A stretch of 64,000 nt of DNA, taken from the IMG/VR virus record IMGVR_UViG_3300020450_000008; one strand, given 5' to 3'. Below the pieces are notes generated by a model. That model saw nothing but the letters and a program-made list of their open reading frames with translations. It had not been told where the DNA came from and did not search any database. Positions 63,620 through 64,000 of the stretch are shown here, piece after piece. Origin of the DNA: a virus. Taxonomy: Duplodnaviria > Caudoviricetes. A program made the translations under genes and the position numbers. Position 1 is the first letter of the stretch. Each line of letters begins with the position of its first letter.

Positions 63620-64000
63620 ACCTATTAGTTTTGAAATTGATCCAGTGTGTGTACCATTTGATAAAAATGGAGAAGAAAGAGAACAACAAAATTGCGTAGC
63701 CTTCGGTTCTCATGGTTGGTACATGCCATGCTGTTGGTGTGATCAGTTTCAAGATACTCGAAATAATTATATGGATATGTATTCTAAACATTTACATGCT
63801 TCAACTGGAATTACACCAAGAGAAGTCCTTGAATCTCCAGAATGGCAAAATTTCTTTAAAGTTATTTTTGAAGACCCACAAAACTCTTCTCATGTTTGTC
63901 AAAAATATTGTGGTGTCATAAATTATGATGATGGTACAAAAAGAAATGTCGTAGGATTTACTGATCAAGAAAGAAGAGATATGGGAAAAGATCTTGAATT
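63609..64000 (+). CDS. Stand-alone SPASM/twitch-like Fe-S domain protein, 3'-truncated (not in ORF track)
   Basis: Open frame MNPKPISFEIDPVCVP...GWYMPCCWCD...EWQNFF...VCQKYCG runs to the window end; overlaps the radical SAM stop. Confidence 0.7.
   Translation, partial: MNPKPISFEIDPVCVPFDKNGEEREQQNCVAFGSHGWYMPCCWCDQFQDTRNNYMDMYSKHLHASTGITPREVLESPEWQNFFKVIFEDPQNSSHVCQKYCGVINYDDGTKRNVVGFTDQERRDMGKDLE

Noticed and set aside
610-63921. Numerous short minus-strand and alternate-frame ORFs in the supplied track (e.g. 830..1147, 8028..8363, 36081..36686, 41624..41965, 44555..44884)
   Set aside because: They are shadows of long, well-supported + strand genes, with no RBS, promoter or recognisable motifs.
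1-64000. tRNA, rRNA or other structured ncRNA genes
   Set aside because: Intergenic gaps are short and contain only promoters and hairpins; no cloverleaf or T-loop (GTTCGA-type) arrangement was recognised outside coding regions. tRNAscan/Infernal were not run.

Overview
This is a 64 kb, AT-rich segment of a T4-like (myovirus) bacteriophage genome, most likely from an uncultured aquatic phage; the host cannot be determined from this window. All credible genes are on the + strand. The order is: (1) 1-21.3 kb, very long fibre/virion proteins, neck gp13/14/15 and an S8 protease; (2) 21.3-37.4 kb, terminase, sheath, tube, portal and head genes, with a 6.3 kb fibre cassette inserted between portal gp20 and the prohead core genes; (3) 37.5-52 kb, gp3, uvsY, uvsW, gp55, gp47/46, gp45/44/62 and regA, interleaved with accessory enzymes; (4) 52-64 kb, Hsp20, pseudoazurin, DoxX, DNA polymerase gp43 and a nucleotide-modification cluster containing a T4 gp42-like dCMP hydroxymethylase. 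T4 late promoters (TATAAATA) and a family of TTTAC-N17-TATAAT early/middle promoters are visible. Two candidate systems stand out. The first is a strong excess of the dipeptide Asp-Ser in virion fibre proteins (about 134 hand-counted copies in four proteins, plus copies in likely variable segments of neck, sheath and capsid). It resembles a known bacterial O-glycosylation sequon and co-occurs with scattered sugar-activating and sugar-tailoring genes, suggesting a glycan-coated virion. The second is a predicted hydroxymethylcytosine pathway, possibly extended to carbamoyl-hmC. Both are inferences from sequence motifs. No database searches were run, and all counts are by eye.
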